Assembly: GCA_030684935.1 (NCBI GenBank)
Contig: JAUXXH010000021.1
Coordinates: 36,974-100,973 of the forward strand
Length of the DNA stretch: 64,000 nt
DNA from: Pseudolabrys sp.
Lineage (GTDB): Bacteria > Pseudomonadota > Alphaproteobacteria > Rhizobiales > Xanthobacteraceae
Direction of reading: 5' to 3'
Of this stretch, positions 19,263 to 29,143 are shown in pieces (positions within the stretch are counted from its first letter, which is position 1; each line of letters begins with the position of its first letter). The position numbers and the translations under genes were made by a program. The notes under the pieces were generated by a model. The model saw nothing but the letters and a program-made list of their open reading frames with translations. It made no database searches and was not told the origin of the DNA.

Positions 19263-21575
19263 CTAGCGACCCTTCGCGGCTGCGATCGCAGACCAAATCC
19301 GTGCCGGGGTCGCAGGCATGTCGAAGTGCGTGACGCCGGCCATGCGCAGGGCATTCATTACCGCGTTCATGCAGGCCGGCAGGCTTCCGGTGGACCCGGC
19401 TTCGCCGACACCCTTGGCGCCCAGCGGGTTGTTCGGGCTTGGCACGACGTGATTGGACAGGGACAGGTGCGGGATCAGATGCGCGCGCGGCATGCAGTAG
19501 TCCATGAAGCTGCCGGTCAGCAGCTGCCCGTCGGTGGTGTCGTACTGGCAGTATTCGCCGAACACCTGTCCGGCGCCTTGGACGATGCCGCCGACGACCT
19601 GGCCATCCGCCAGCACCGGATTGATGATATTGCCGATGTCGTCGACCGCGACATAACTCACCACCGCAACTGTGCCCGTATCGGGGTCGATTTCGACCTC
19701 GACCACATGGGCTCCGCTCGGGAAGGCCTGTGAGATCGCGCGCTCGGCAATGGTGTCGAGGGGATTCGGTAACAAAGTGCAGCTCTTTTCGATGACCGCG
19801 GTCATGCTCATGGTCCGGTCGGTGCCGGCGATCGTAAACACACCGTCTGCGAACTCGATGTCGTCCGGATTGGCTTCCAGCTCGTCCGCCGCGATCTTCC
19901 TGGCCTTGTCGATGATCATATCGGAGGCGATCTTGTAGGCGCTGCCCTGCAACATCGCCGAGCGCGAACCGATCGACGGGTGGCCGATCAAATGTGGTCC
20001 GTCCGGATCGCCGGATTTCAAGGTCACCTTTTCCGCATCGATGCCAAGCCAGCGCGCCACCATCTCCGGAAAGACGGTTTCGTGGCCCTGCCCGCTCGGT
20101 CCCGCAACGTTGTGAATGATGATGGAGCCGTCCTTTTCGAACAACACGGCGACTTCATCCTTCTTCATGCCGCCGCCGCCCGACGGTTCGATGAAGACCG
20201 CACAGCCGATGCCGCGCAATTTGCCGTTCTTGCGCGACTGGCGTTGACGCCGGCCGAACCCCTTCCAGTCGGACGCCTCTTTCGCCCTGGCGATCAGGCC
20301 GGGAAAATCGGCGCTGTCGAAGCGGGCGCCGGTCAGCGTCAGATAGGGAAACTGCGCCTTCTTCAGCACGTTGCGGCGGCGCAGTTCGAATGGATCGATG
20401 CCGAGCTGGACCGCGGCCTCATCGACCAGCCGCTCGACGATATAGTTCGCCTCCGGGCGGCCGGCGCCGCGATAGGCATTGGTCGGCGCAGTGTTGGTGA
20501 TGACCTGAAGGTGACGGCCGTACATTGCCTCGACCCGATAGGCGCCGGCGCCGATTGCCTTGCCGTTAATCGAATTGGTGAGGCAGCCGGCCTGGGCCAG
20601 ATAGGCTCCTGAATCGCACAGCCATTCGGTGCGGATCGCCAGAATCTTTCCGTTCGCGTCATAGGCCAGTTCGCCCTTGAGCGAGACTGCACGGCCGTGA
20701 TTGTCGGTCAGGAAGTCTTCCGAGCGCGTCGACAGCCATTTCACCGGACGCCGCAGCTTTTTTGCCAGCAGCATCAGCGGCGGATATTCCGGGAACGGCG
20801 CGGTGCGCGCACCGAAGGCGCCACCGACATCGAGCATGCGGATGCGGATTTTCTCCTGCGGTATGCCGGACATGACGGCCAGCTCATGCCCGAAGGCCGG
20901 ACCGCCCTGATTGGGACTGTAGAAATTGTAGACGTCGGCTGCCGCGTCGTATTCGACGAGCGCGCCGCGCACCTCCATCGGCGTCGGTGCGACGCGCGGG
21001 CTTTCCGCCGTCAGCGACACGATGCCCGCGGCGCGCGCGAAGGCCTCGGCGGCCTGCTGTTCGTCGCCGTATTCGAAATCGAAACAGACATTGCCGGGAA
21101 TATTGTCGTGGATGGCGAAGGCGCCGGCGGCCATGGCCCGTTCCGGTCCGATCAGGACCGGCAGGTCTTCGTAGTCGATGTCGATCAGTTCGGCGGCATC
21201 GCGGGCCTGCGCGGCGGTTTCCGCGACGACGACCGCGACTTCTTCGCCGGCGAAACGGACGCGATCATGCGCCAGGACCGGACGCTGCGGCGCCAGAACG
21301 CCCTGCCCGCCGCGGCCGGGCGGCGGCGGAATCGGCGGGAGGGTGGCGAAGCCGGCATCGGCGACGTCTCGCCCGGTCAGAACCGCGAGGACGCCGGGGC
21401 TGCTTGCAGCCGCCGTGGTGTCGATCGACTTGATAATGGCGTGCGCCCGGTCGGACCGGCGGAAACTGGCGTGGACCTGGCCCGGCAGATTCCAGTCATT
21501 GGTATAACGGCCCTCGCCGGTGATGAAGCGGCGGTCCTCGCGGCGTCCGGAAAACTTGAAATATGTATCTGACAT
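19263..21575 (-). CDS. Xanthine dehydrogenase family molybdopterin-binding subunit (form II CoxL-like)
   Basis: RREDRRFITGEGRY, VGGAFG, AYRGAGRPEA, GQGHET, NPLGAKGVGE. Confidence 0.9.
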   Translation of the reverse strand: MSDTYFKFSGRREDRRFITGEGRYTNDWNLPGQVHASFRRSDRAHAIIKSIDTTAAASSPGVLAVLTGRDVADAGFATLPPIPPPPGRGGQGVLAPQRPVLAHDRVRFAGEEVAVVVAETAAQARDAAELIDIDYEDLPVLIGPERAMAAGAFAIHDNIPGNVCFDFEYGDEQQAAEAFARAAGIVSLTAESPRVAPTPMEVRGALVEYDAAADVYNFYSPNQGGPAFGHELAVMSGIPQEKIRIRMLDVGGAFGARTAPFPEYPPLMLLAKKLRRPVKWLSTRSEDFLTDNHGRAVSLKGELAYDANGKILAIRTEWLCDSGAYLAQAGCLTNSINGKAIGAGAYRVEAMYGRHLQVITNTAPTNAYRGAGRPEANYIVERLVDEAAVQLGIDPFELRRRNVLKKAQFPYLTLTGARFDSADFPGLIARAKEASDWKGFGRRQRQSRKNGKLRGIGCAVFIEPSGGGGMKKDEVAVLFEKDGSIIIHNVAGPSGQGHETVFPEMVARWLGIDAEKVTLKSGDPDGPHLIGHPSIGSRSAMLQGSAYKIASDMIIDKARKIAADELEANPDDIEFADGVFTIAGTDRTMSMTAVIEKSCTLLPNPLDTIAERAISQAFPSGAHVVEVEIDPDTGTVAVVSYVAVDDIGNIINPVLADGQVVGGIVQGAGQVFGEYCQYDTTDGQLLTGSFMDYCMPRAHLIPHLSLSNHVVPSPNNPLGAKGVGEAGSTGSLPACMNAVMNALRMAGVTHFDMPATPARIWSAIAAAKGR

Positions 21576-21656
21576 TTTTTCTCGTGATCTGGGATCGGCA
21601 CGGCGCATCGTCTGAACGCGTCCGCAGGGAAGGCCTCGGCGCTGGGGAGGATGCCG

Positions 21657-22415
21657 CTAACGCAGTTCGATCTCCATCGAGATCGAGTCGCCCCGGTAAA
21701 CGCCGTGGCCGGCATAGAGGACGACGCCGTTCTTGTCGATTGCAATGCGGTCGACCTTGGCCACCGGTGCATTCAACGGGATCTTCAGCAACGCGGCGAT
21801 ATCGACATCGGCAGTGCCGATGGTCAATGTCTGCCATGCCTTGGCAATACTGGCGCCGGCTATTTTGTGCAGAATCGGCAGGGTCGGCAAACGGCGAAAC
21901 TGGAGCGGCGGACCCTTCTTGAACAATTCGTAATCGAGATAAAACCGGCCGACGAGATAAGGCTGGCCCTGCCGCAAATGCAACCGCCGCATCATCTGGT
22001 ATTTGGCCGCAGGCTTGCCTTTGTCGCGATCGACGTGCGGCAGGTCGGTGACGACGCGTTGTTCGAGAACTTCGATGGTGGCGCCTTCGTGCGCCGAGAT
22101 CAAAGACTTCCAGTCGATCGCCAGCTTGTGCGCATGCTCGCTGGTGGGCGACTTGCGGATGAAGGTGCCCTTGGCGCGCAGCCGCTCCAGCAGCCCCTCG
22201 TCCTCGAGCAGTCCGAGCGCCTCGCGCATCGTCCCGCGCGCCACGGAAAATTCGGCGGCAAGTTCATCCACGTTGGGGATGCGGCTGCCGACCGGCCACT
22301 CCCCCGTGGCAATTCGGGTCCGGAACAGCGTCGCCAGCTGGATGTACCGGGAGACCGGGCTGCGATCGAAGCCCGAGGCCGAAATCACCCGCAGCGCGCT
22401 TTTGTTGGTTTTCAT
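21657..22415 (-). CDS. GntR family regulator (HutC/UTRA subfamily)
   Basis: LAAEFSVARGTMREAL..LERLRAKGTF plus UTRA-like C-terminus. Confidence 0.88.
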   Translation of the reverse strand: MKTNKSALRVISASGFDRSPVSRYIQLATLFRTRIATGEWPVGSRIPNVDELAAEFSVARGTMREALGLLEDEGLLERLRAKGTFIRKSPTSEHAHKLAIDWKSLISAHEGATIEVLEQRVVTDLPHVDRDKGKPAAKYQMMRRLHLRQGQPYLVGRFYLDYELFKKGPPLQFRRLPTLPILHKIAGASIAKAWQTLTIGTADVDIAALLKIPLNAPVAKVDRIAIDKNGVVLYAGHGVYRGDSISMEIELR

Positions 22416-22551
22416 CGAGAATTGCCGTTCATTTCGAGGCAGCGAAGGTCCCGCCGTTGGCGCATTATGCACCAATCCGGCGAATAGCAAGCAAGCGTGA
22501 GACACAGGGTCGCGTGAGCCCATTGTAGGACGCCCGCCCCTTTCAATCAAT

Positions 22552-22565
22552 AGTATGGACTTTTG
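22552..22565 (+). promoter_or_regulatory. Candidate GntR operator AGTATGGACTTTTG
   Basis: Exact 14-bp copy on the minus strand at 26513-26526; both copies lie upstream of module genes. Confidence 0.6.
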
Positions 22566-22603
22566 TCGGCCGGACCTTTACGGGTATGGCCGACGGAGAA
22601 TTC

Positions 22604-23593
22604 ATGAGCCTTTTGCCGATCACCATTGCGACCTGGGATTACGACCGGGTCCGCCCGCTTATCGATGGCCGCGTCCGGGTCGAGGGCTGCGACGTCAATT
22701 ACATCACCATGCCGGTCGAGGAATGCTTCGAGCGCGCCTATTTTCACGGTGAATTCGAGGTCGCCGAGATCGGCTTCAGTCCGTTCCTGATCGCGCTGTC
22801 ACGCGGTCCGACGCCGTATCTCGCGGTGCCGGCGTTCCTGTCGCGGATGTTCCGCCATTCCGCGGTCTATATCCGCACCGACCGCGGCATCGAGGGGCCG
22901 GCCGATCTCCGTGGTAAGCGCATCGGCGTGCCCGAATATCAGATGTCGGCGGTGATGTGGTTTCGCGGCTATCTGCAGGACGAGTTCGGCATCGCCGCCA
23001 GGGACATCAACTGGGTCCAGGCCGGGCTGGAAAATCCCGGGCGGCGTGACAAGTTCCCGCTGAACCTGCCCGACGGCTTTCCCCTGACCTCGATGAACGA
23101 TGCTTCGCTGTCGGCCATGCTGGCCGAAGGCAAGCTCGATGGCGTCATCTCGGCGCGGCGGCCATCGTGCTTCGTCAACAAGCATCCGCAGGTCCAACGA
23201 CTGTTCCCGGACTATCGCGCCACCGAACGCGACTACTTCCAGCGCACCGGCATTTTCCCCATCATGCATGCGCTCGGCATCCGGCGCGACATCTATGAGA
23301 AAAACCGCTGGCTAGCAGCCAGCCTCTACAAGGCATTCCTCCAGGCCAAGCGCATCGCCGACGCCGATCTGGCGGAGACGACGGCGCTGAAGGTCGGCCT
23401 GCCCTGGGTCACCGCCGAATATGAGGCGACCACCGCTCTGATGGGCGAGGATTTCTGGTCCTACGGCGTGGACGCCAACCGCAGAACGCTCGCCACCATG
23501 GCGCGCTATTCCTATGAGCAAGGCCTCTCCGTCCGGCTGCTGAGCGTCGAGGAAATGTTCGCCGACGGAAACTTGAGCGAAACAAGAGTCTAG
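22604..23593 (+). CDS. 4,5-dihydroxyphthalate decarboxylase family protein (Pht5/OphC-like)
   Basis: DYDRVRPLIDGRV, FLSRMFRHSAVYI, GVPEYQMSA, TGIFPIMH, MGEDFWSYG; RBS GGAG. Confidence 0.8.
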   Translation: MSLLPITIATWDYDRVRPLIDGRVRVEGCDVNYITMPVEECFERAYFHGEFEVAEIGFSPFLIALSRGPTPYLAVPAFLSRMFRHSAVYIRTDRGIEGPADLRGKRIGVPEYQMSAVMWFRGYLQDEFGIAARDINWVQAGLENPGRRDKFPLNLPDGFPLTSMNDASLSAMLAEGKLDGVISARRPSCFVNKHPQVQRLFPDYRATERDYFQRTGIFPIMHALGIRRDIYEKNRWLAASLYKAFLQAKRIADADLAETTALKVGLPWVTAEYEATTALMGEDFWSYGVDANRRTLATMARYSYEQGLSVRLLSVEEMFADGNLSETRV

Positions 23594-23616
23594 AGCCACC
23601 GCTGAGGGAGAACACC

Positions 23617-24558
23617 ATGGCCGTTCAACTGATTTGCTGCTCGCACAGTCCGCTGATGCTGGCCGACGTCGAGGAGAGCGAGACCGGTGTGCACGCGCAG
23701 TTCTTTCGCGAACTCGATCAGTGCGCCACGGCGCTCCACAAGTTCAATCCCGATCTGGTCGTCGTTTTCGCCCCTGACCACTTCAACGGCTTCTTCTACG
23801 AGATGATGCCGATGTTCTGCATCGGCACGGCCGCCCAGGGCACCAAGGACTGGCATCTCGAAGCGGGCCCGTTGCGCGTGCCGCGCCAGACCGCGATCGA
23901 TTGCGTCCGTCACCTTCATTCACGCGACATCGACGTCGCGCTGTCGCATGAGATGAAGGTCGATCACGGCACGACGATCCCGCTGTACAAGCTGACCGGC
24001 GCGCTGGCGCGCTACAACGTGCTGCCGATCTTCATCAACTGCGCCGCCGATCCGCGGCCCTCGTTCAAGCGCGTGCGTACCTTCGGCGCCGCGGTCGGCG
24101 AGTTCCTGGCGAAGAAAGACATGCGCATCACCATCATCGGCTCCGGCGGCCTGTCGCACGATCCGCCGACGCCGCGCCTCGAAATGAGCCCGCCCGACGT
24201 CGCCAAGCGCCTGATCCAAAGCGCCGTCCCGACGCAGGCCGAACTCGACGCCCGCGAGGCCCGCGTCATCCGGGCCGCGCGCGACCTCGTCGTCGGCAAG
24301 GGTCCGTGCCTGCCGCCGGACCAGCAGTGGGATCACGATTTCCTGAACACCTTCGTCGCCGGCCGGTTCGAGGAGTTCGACACCATGACCGACGCCGAGA
24401 TCGACCGCGTGGCCGGCTTCGGCGCCCACGAGGTCCGCACATGGGTTGCCGCCGCCGAGGCGGCCAAGGCCATCGGCACGCTGCAGACCGAGCTGCGCTA
24501 CTACCATCTGGTGCCGGAATGGATCACCGGCATGGGCATCGTGACGGGCCAGGCCTGA
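23617..24558 (+). CDS. mhpB: Class III extradiol dioxygenase, MhpB-like
   Basis: SHSPL, FAPDHFNGFFY, VDHG, GSGGLSHDPPTP, HEVRTWVAA. Confidence 0.8.
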   Translation: MAVQLICCSHSPLMLADVEESETGVHAQFFRELDQCATALHKFNPDLVVVFAPDHFNGFFYEMMPMFCIGTAAQGTKDWHLEAGPLRVPRQTAIDCVRHLHSRDIDVALSHEMKVDHGTTIPLYKLTGALARYNVLPIFINCAADPRPSFKRVRTFGAAVGEFLAKKDMRITIIGSGGLSHDPPTPRLEMSPPDVAKRLIQSAVPTQAELDAREARVIRAARDLVVGKGPCLPPDQQWDHDFLNTFVAGRFEEFDTMTDAEIDRVAGFGAHEVRTWVAAAEAAKAIGTLQTELRYYHLVPEWITGMGIVTGQA

Positions 24559-24583
24559 GGCAGTTTTCAAAAGTCGGATCGAT

Positions 24584-25435
24584 ATGATGGCAGACACGCA
24601 AGCGGTGACCGGGCGCGTCGTGTCCGGCGACGTCGACATCTTTTACCGGAAATTCGGCAAGCCCGGCCGCACGCCGGTGCTGATCGTGCACGGCCTGTCG
24701 TTTTTTTCCTATGACTGGATCGGCGTGGCGGCCCGCCTGGCGGCCGATCGCGAGGTCGCCGCCATCGACATGCGCGGCTTCGGCCAGTCGGGCTGGAGCC
24801 CGGGACGCGACTACAAGCTGGAAACCCTGAGCAAGGACGTCATCGCCGTTCTCGACGCCCTCGGCTGGGACAAGGCCGTGCTCATGGGGCATTCGTTCGG
24901 CGGCCGGGTGTGCCTGGCGACCGCCGGCTGGAACAGAGAGCGCGCCAGCGCCCTCGTCTGCGTCGACTTCGCGCCCGATCTGGCGCCGCAGGGCCGGCGC
25001 CATGTCGCCGAACGGATCGGCCGCCAGCCCGATGTCTTCGCATCGGTCGACGACGCGATGGCCTATCACGGCGAAACCGCTGGCGACGCGCCGCGCCGGC
25101 AGCGCTGGCAGGAGTTTCTCAGGAAGGAGAATCGCGGCTTCGTGCTGCGCCGCGACCTGCATTACCGCGACAATTTCAAACGCGCGCTGGAGGCCGGACA
25201 GTCGGCGCCGGTACCGGCCTTCCTGTGGCCGATGCTGGCGGACATGACAATTCCGGCGCTGCTCATTCGCGCGACGGAATCGGACATGTTCGACGCGGCG
25301 ACGCTGCAAAAGGCGCTGGCGCTGAACCCGCGGCTGAAAGGTATCGAATTGCCCGGCAGCCACGACCTGGCCGGCGACAATCCCGAAGGACTGGCCGACG
25401 CGGTCACGCGCTTCCTCGCCACGGTGAAACTCTAG
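24584..25435 (+). CDS. Alpha/beta hydrolase
   Basis: VHG, DMRGFGQS, GHSFGG, C-terminal His (GSHDL). Confidence 0.85.
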   Translation: MMADTQAVTGRVVSGDVDIFYRKFGKPGRTPVLIVHGLSFFSYDWIGVAARLAADREVAAIDMRGFGQSGWSPGRDYKLETLSKDVIAVLDALGWDKAVLMGHSFGGRVCLATAGWNRERASALVCVDFAPDLAPQGRRHVAERIGRQPDVFASVDDAMAYHGETAGDAPRRQRWQEFLRKENRGFVLRRDLHYRDNFKRALEAGQSAPVPAFLWPMLADMTIPALLIRATESDMFDAATLQKALALNPRLKGIELPGSHDLAGDNPEGLADAVTRFLATVKL

Positions 25436-25498
25436 CCCACGACCGGCTGCCGCGTCCGGCGACGCCGAAGCGCCGTCGAACGCGGTGTTTTCCCGCGG

Positions 25499-26458
25499 CT
25501 ATTGCTCGATCTTGACGCCGACCTTCTTGATCAGCGCTTCCATCCGGCTCGATTCCGAATCGATGAGGGTCTTGAACTCGGCGATGGTCTTGTCTTGCGG
25601 CTCGACGAAGAGCTTCTGCATCTTCTCGCGGTACTCCGGCAGCTGCGAGATCGCCTTGGCCTCGGCGTTGAGCTTGTCGACGATGGCCTGCGGCGTGCCG
25701 GCCGGCGCCAGCAGCCCGAACCAGCCGACGAAGGTCAGATCGTCGTAACCCAGCTCCCGCATGGTCGGCACGTCCGGCAACGCCGCCACGCGCTTGGGAC
25801 CCGTGACCACCAGCGCCTTCAGCTTCTTGGACGCGAGCAGCCCGACAACCGGCGGCACGCCGCACACGACGATGTCGACGCGGCCACCCATCACGTCCTG
25901 GAAGGCGGTCGGGAAGGCGCGGTACGGCACATGCGTGAAGTTGAGGTTTTCGCGATCGCGCACCAGTTCGCCCAGCAGGTGCAGATTGGTGCCGACGCCG
26001 GGGGACGCGAAGGTGAATGTCCGGCCTTTCCTGGACGCGTCGACCAGTTCCTTCAGCGAATTGATGCCAAGCTCCGGACTGACGACAAGCGCATTGTCGA
26101 TGGTGCCGAGCAGCGCAACCGGCGTCAGCGCCTTGTTGGGATCGAAATTGCGCTTGGTATAGAGATGGCCCAGGACGGCGTTGGTGTCCTTGGAACCGAG
26201 CAGCAGCGTATAGCCGTCCGGCTTCTGCGCGGCGGCGTATTCCGTGCCGAGCAGACCGCCCGCCCCCAGCTTGTTTTCGATCACCACCGGCTGCTTGACG
26301 CGCTGCGTCAGTGCATCGGCAAACTGCCGGGCGATGAAGTCCGGCGCCGTGCCCGCGGCGTAAGGGACGACAAGTGTTATCGTTCGCGACGGATAGGATT
26401 CCTGGGCGTTCGCAACGGCAACGAACCCGAGCAGAGCGACGAGAATAATCCGGATCAA
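25499..26458 (-). CDS. Bug/TctC substrate-binding protein
   Basis: YPSRTITLVVPYAAG, ENKLGAGG, PDGYTLL; TTG start after AGGGAGG. Confidence 0.9.
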   Translation of the reverse strand: MIRIILVALLGFVAVANAQESYPSRTITLVVPYAAGTAPDFIARQFADALTQRVKQPVVIENKLGAGGLLGTEYAAAQKPDGYTLLLGSKDTNAVLGHLYTKRNFDPNKALTPVALLGTIDNALVVSPELGINSLKELVDASRKGRTFTFASPGVGTNLHLLGELVRDRENLNFTHVPYRAFPTAFQDVMGGRVDIVVCGVPPVVGLLASKKLKALVVTGPKRVAALPDVPTMRELGYDDLTFVGWFGLLAPAGTPQAIVDKLNAEAKAISQLPEYREKMQKLFVEPQDKTIAEFKTLIDSESSRMEALIKKVGVKIEQ

Positions 26459-26512
26459 GGCGACCTCCCTAATTTTTTCACCAGCTTTGGCGCAATTCTT
26501 CACAAGCAGAGC

Positions 26513-26612
26513 CAAAAGTCCATACTTATATCTTTTGATGGCGTCATACCCGTTGTGCCCGCGCCGGTTTTCCGTGTCCGGCGGCTTCCCAAATATCACC
26601 TATAAGTATAGA
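26513..26612. promoter_or_regulatory. Divergent Bug/YeiH promoter region with two related operator-like sites
   Basis: Minus-strand TATAAGTATGGACTTTTG (26513-26530) and plus-strand TATAAGTATAGA (26601-26612). Confidence 0.55.
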
Positions 26613-26729
26613 TGATTAGATGTTCGCAGGGACATTGCCGGCCCGCGGCGCGTGCGTGCCGACCCGATACGGTTTAATAGACGCCCTTCCCCAGGCCCGG
26701 CCCCGCGCCCCGGCAATCAGGACATTCGC

Positions 26730-27773
26730 GTGACCGCCGATTCAAAAATGCCACCGTCTTCCGCGGCGGCCTATGTTCCGGGCCTTGCTCTGTCGGCCCT
26801 TGTGGCCGGCATCGGCTACCTCACCGCCCCTCTTATGGCGCCCGTGCTGCCGCTGCCCAGCATGGTCATCGCGCTCATCGTCGGCATGGCGCTCAATCCG
26901 CTGGCCTCCCGCCCCGCCGTGCAGCCGGGCATGGCCTTCTGCGTTCGCACGGTGTTGCGCTGGGCCGTCGCGTTGTTGGGCCTGCGCATCGCCCTCGCCG
27001 ACATCGCCGCGCTGGGGCCGGAAATTGCGGCGCTGCTGGTGATCGCCATGGCGGTGACCTTGTGGTCGGGATTCGCATTCGCGCGCTGGAGCGGCCAGAA
27101 CGCCGGCTTCGGCGCCCTGGTCGGCGCCGGAACGGCGGTCTGCGGCGCATCGGCGACGCTGGCGGTGTCCACCGTGGTGCCGAATTATCCCGGCAAACAG
27201 GCTGACATTGCCTTTGTCGTGGTCTCGGTCAACGCGCTCGCCACCCTGGCGATGCTGTCCTACCCGCCGCTGTGCTTTCTGCTGGGCTTCGATCCGCAAA
27301 CGACCGGCGCCATGCTGGGCGGCACCATTCATGACGTGGCACAGGTCGTCGGCGCCGGTTACGCCGTGTCGGAGGACACCGGCAATGCCGCGGTGATCGT
27401 CAAATTGTTCCGGGTGTTCCTGTTGCTGCCGGTGGTGCTGAGCGTCGGATGGTATTTCACCCGAATCGGCGAACCGACAGGGTCCGCACGGGTGCCGGTG
27501 CCGGTATTCGCGATCGTTTTTCTGCTGCTGTGTGTCCTGAACAGCATCATGCCCTGGATGCCGGCATTGATGCCGGTTTATGCCCCCGTCAAAAGCGTTC
27601 TGGTCGAAGCATCGACCTGGGGTCTCCTGCTGGCGATCGGCGCGCTCGGTCTCGGCACTTCACTCAGGACCATCATCAACCTCGGCTGGCGGCATGTCTC
27701 GACCGTGTTCGCATCGACCGTTGTCATCTTTGTGATCGTCACGGGCGGGCTGTACGTGTTGCAGCCGTTGTGA
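26730..27773 (+). CDS. YeiH/UPF0324 putative sulfate exporter
   Basis: Polytopic membrane protein with GTAVCGASA, GGTIHDVAQVV, VKLFRV. Confidence 0.88.
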   Translation: MTADSKMPPSSAAAYVPGLALSALVAGIGYLTAPLMAPVLPLPSMVIALIVGMALNPLASRPAVQPGMAFCVRTVLRWAVALLGLRIALADIAALGPEIAALLVIAMAVTLWSGFAFARWSGQNAGFGALVGAGTAVCGASATLAVSTVVPNYPGKQADIAFVVVSVNALATLAMLSYPPLCFLLGFDPQTTGAMLGGTIHDVAQVVGAGYAVSEDTGNAAVIVKLFRVFLLLPVVLSVGWYFTRIGEPTGSARVPVPVFAIVFLLLCVLNSIMPWMPALMPVYAPVKSVLVEASTWGLLLAIGALGLGTSLRTIINLGWRHVSTVFASTVVIFVIVTGGLYVLQPL

Positions 27774-27787
27774 ACGCGAGATGCCGG

Positions 27788-27937
27788 TCAGCCGGCACTC
27801 ATCGCCACGATTCTTTCACGCGCCTGCTCCATGAAAGCCTCCGCGGCAAGCGGCAGACGCCGCCCCTTGCGCTGGCAAAGCGCCAGATCGGCGCGCAGTG
27901 CCGGATCGTCGAGTTCATCCACTTGAATCAGAAGTAA
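27788..27937 (-). pseudogene. C-terminal remnant of a LysR regulator
   Basis: LALCQRKGRRLPLAAEAFMEQAR resembles a LysR C-terminus; no HTH upstream and no room for a full gene. Confidence 0.55.
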
Positions 27938-28054
27938 GGAAGCGTCGGAATAGCTTTCCAGCCACATGCGGCGCGGCCGCATATGGCTGGATGGGAAAAC
28001 GTGGCGTTTCCACGCCGGCGCAGTTAATAGAAATACGGCGCCGGCCAACGAGGC

Positions 28055-29065
28055 TTAATTGATTTCGATTTTTGCCCTGGATACGATTTTCGCACTGTCT
28101 TCCACATCCTTGCGGAAGTACTCGGCAAACTGTTCCAGCGTCATCGGCGTCGACGTCAGGCTGAGTGTCGCCAAACGTTGTTTGACCGTTTCATCCTGCA
28201 TCGCTTTTTGTGCCGCGGCATGGAGCCTTCCGACAATGTCCGCCGGCGTATTGGCAGGCGCGAAGAACCCGAGCCAGAGCTCAAAGCCATCTTCCTTCAG
28301 GCCCGCCTCCTTAAGCGTCGGAACGTCCGGCAACTCTTTTGCGCGCGCTGTTGTACTCACGGCCAGCGCGGTGAGCTTGCCTTCTTTGATCAAAGCCAGG
28401 GCACTGCCGAGGGCCGTGAAATAGAAATCCAGACGGCCCGTCATGGTCTCCGTCAGAGCATCGGGCGGGCCCCGGAAGGCAATATTCTGCGCCTCAATGC
28501 CCGCGGCCAGACGGAAGCGCTCGGCGGCAATGTGTGGCGCGCTTCCCACGCCAAGCGAGGCGTAGTTCATCTTCCCCGAACTTGTCTTCGCCGCTGCAAT
28601 CAGATCGCCCAGCGTCCGGTATCCCTTAGACGGCGCCGTCACGAGGACATAGGGCTGCGCGCCGAACGAAGCGATTGGCGTGAAGTCCTTGAGCGTGTCG
28701 TAGGTCCGGTTCTTCGATACGGAATGCACGATGGAAAACGTCGAAGACTGCAGGAGCAGCGTGTAGCCATCCGGCGCTGCCCGCGCTGCCGCCGCGGAAC
28801 CCGTGGCGCTACCCGCCCCGGCCCGGTGCTCGATGACGATCGCCTGTCCCAGATCCTGCGACATTTTCTCGAACACCGGCCGCGCCGCCGCTTCGAGCGA
28901 CGTCCCGGGACCGAACGGAGATATCGCCGTGATCGGCTTGGTGGGCCATTGTTGCGCCAGCGCAGAGCTGCCGGCGGCCACGACAAACATCGTTGATACA
29001 CAGGCCACGACATTCCAGCCGCGGCGTGCTCTCCTGCTGACCGCTAAATTTCTTCCTTCAAGCAT
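28055..29065 (-). CDS. Bug/TctC substrate-binding protein
   Basis: WPTKPITAISPFGPG, AAPDGYTLL; RBS GGAGGA. Confidence 0.9.
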   Translation of the reverse strand: MLEGRNLAVSRRARRGWNVVACVSTMFVVAAGSSALAQQWPTKPITAISPFGPGTSLEAAARPVFEKMSQDLGQAIVIEHRAGAGSATGSAAAARAAPDGYTLLLQSSTFSIVHSVSKNRTYDTLKDFTPIASFGAQPYVLVTAPSKGYRTLGDLIAAAKTSSGKMNYASLGVGSAPHIAAERFRLAAGIEAQNIAFRGPPDALTETMTGRLDFYFTALGSALALIKEGKLTALAVSTTARAKELPDVPTLKEAGLKEDGFELWLGFFAPANTPADIVGRLHAAAQKAMQDETVKQRLATLSLTSTPMTLEQFAEYFRKDVEDSAKIVSRAKIEIN

Positions 29066-29143
29066 TTCATCCTCCCGGTTTCATTTTTTTAGTCTGAAAC
29101 GAAGCGCAGCCTGAAACTGAACGGCCTTTCCGGCGCGACCGCC

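Noticed and set aside
19263-21575. True aerobic CO dehydrogenase
   Set aside because: Active-site loop is AYRGAGR, not form I AYxCSFR, and no cox accessory genes are present
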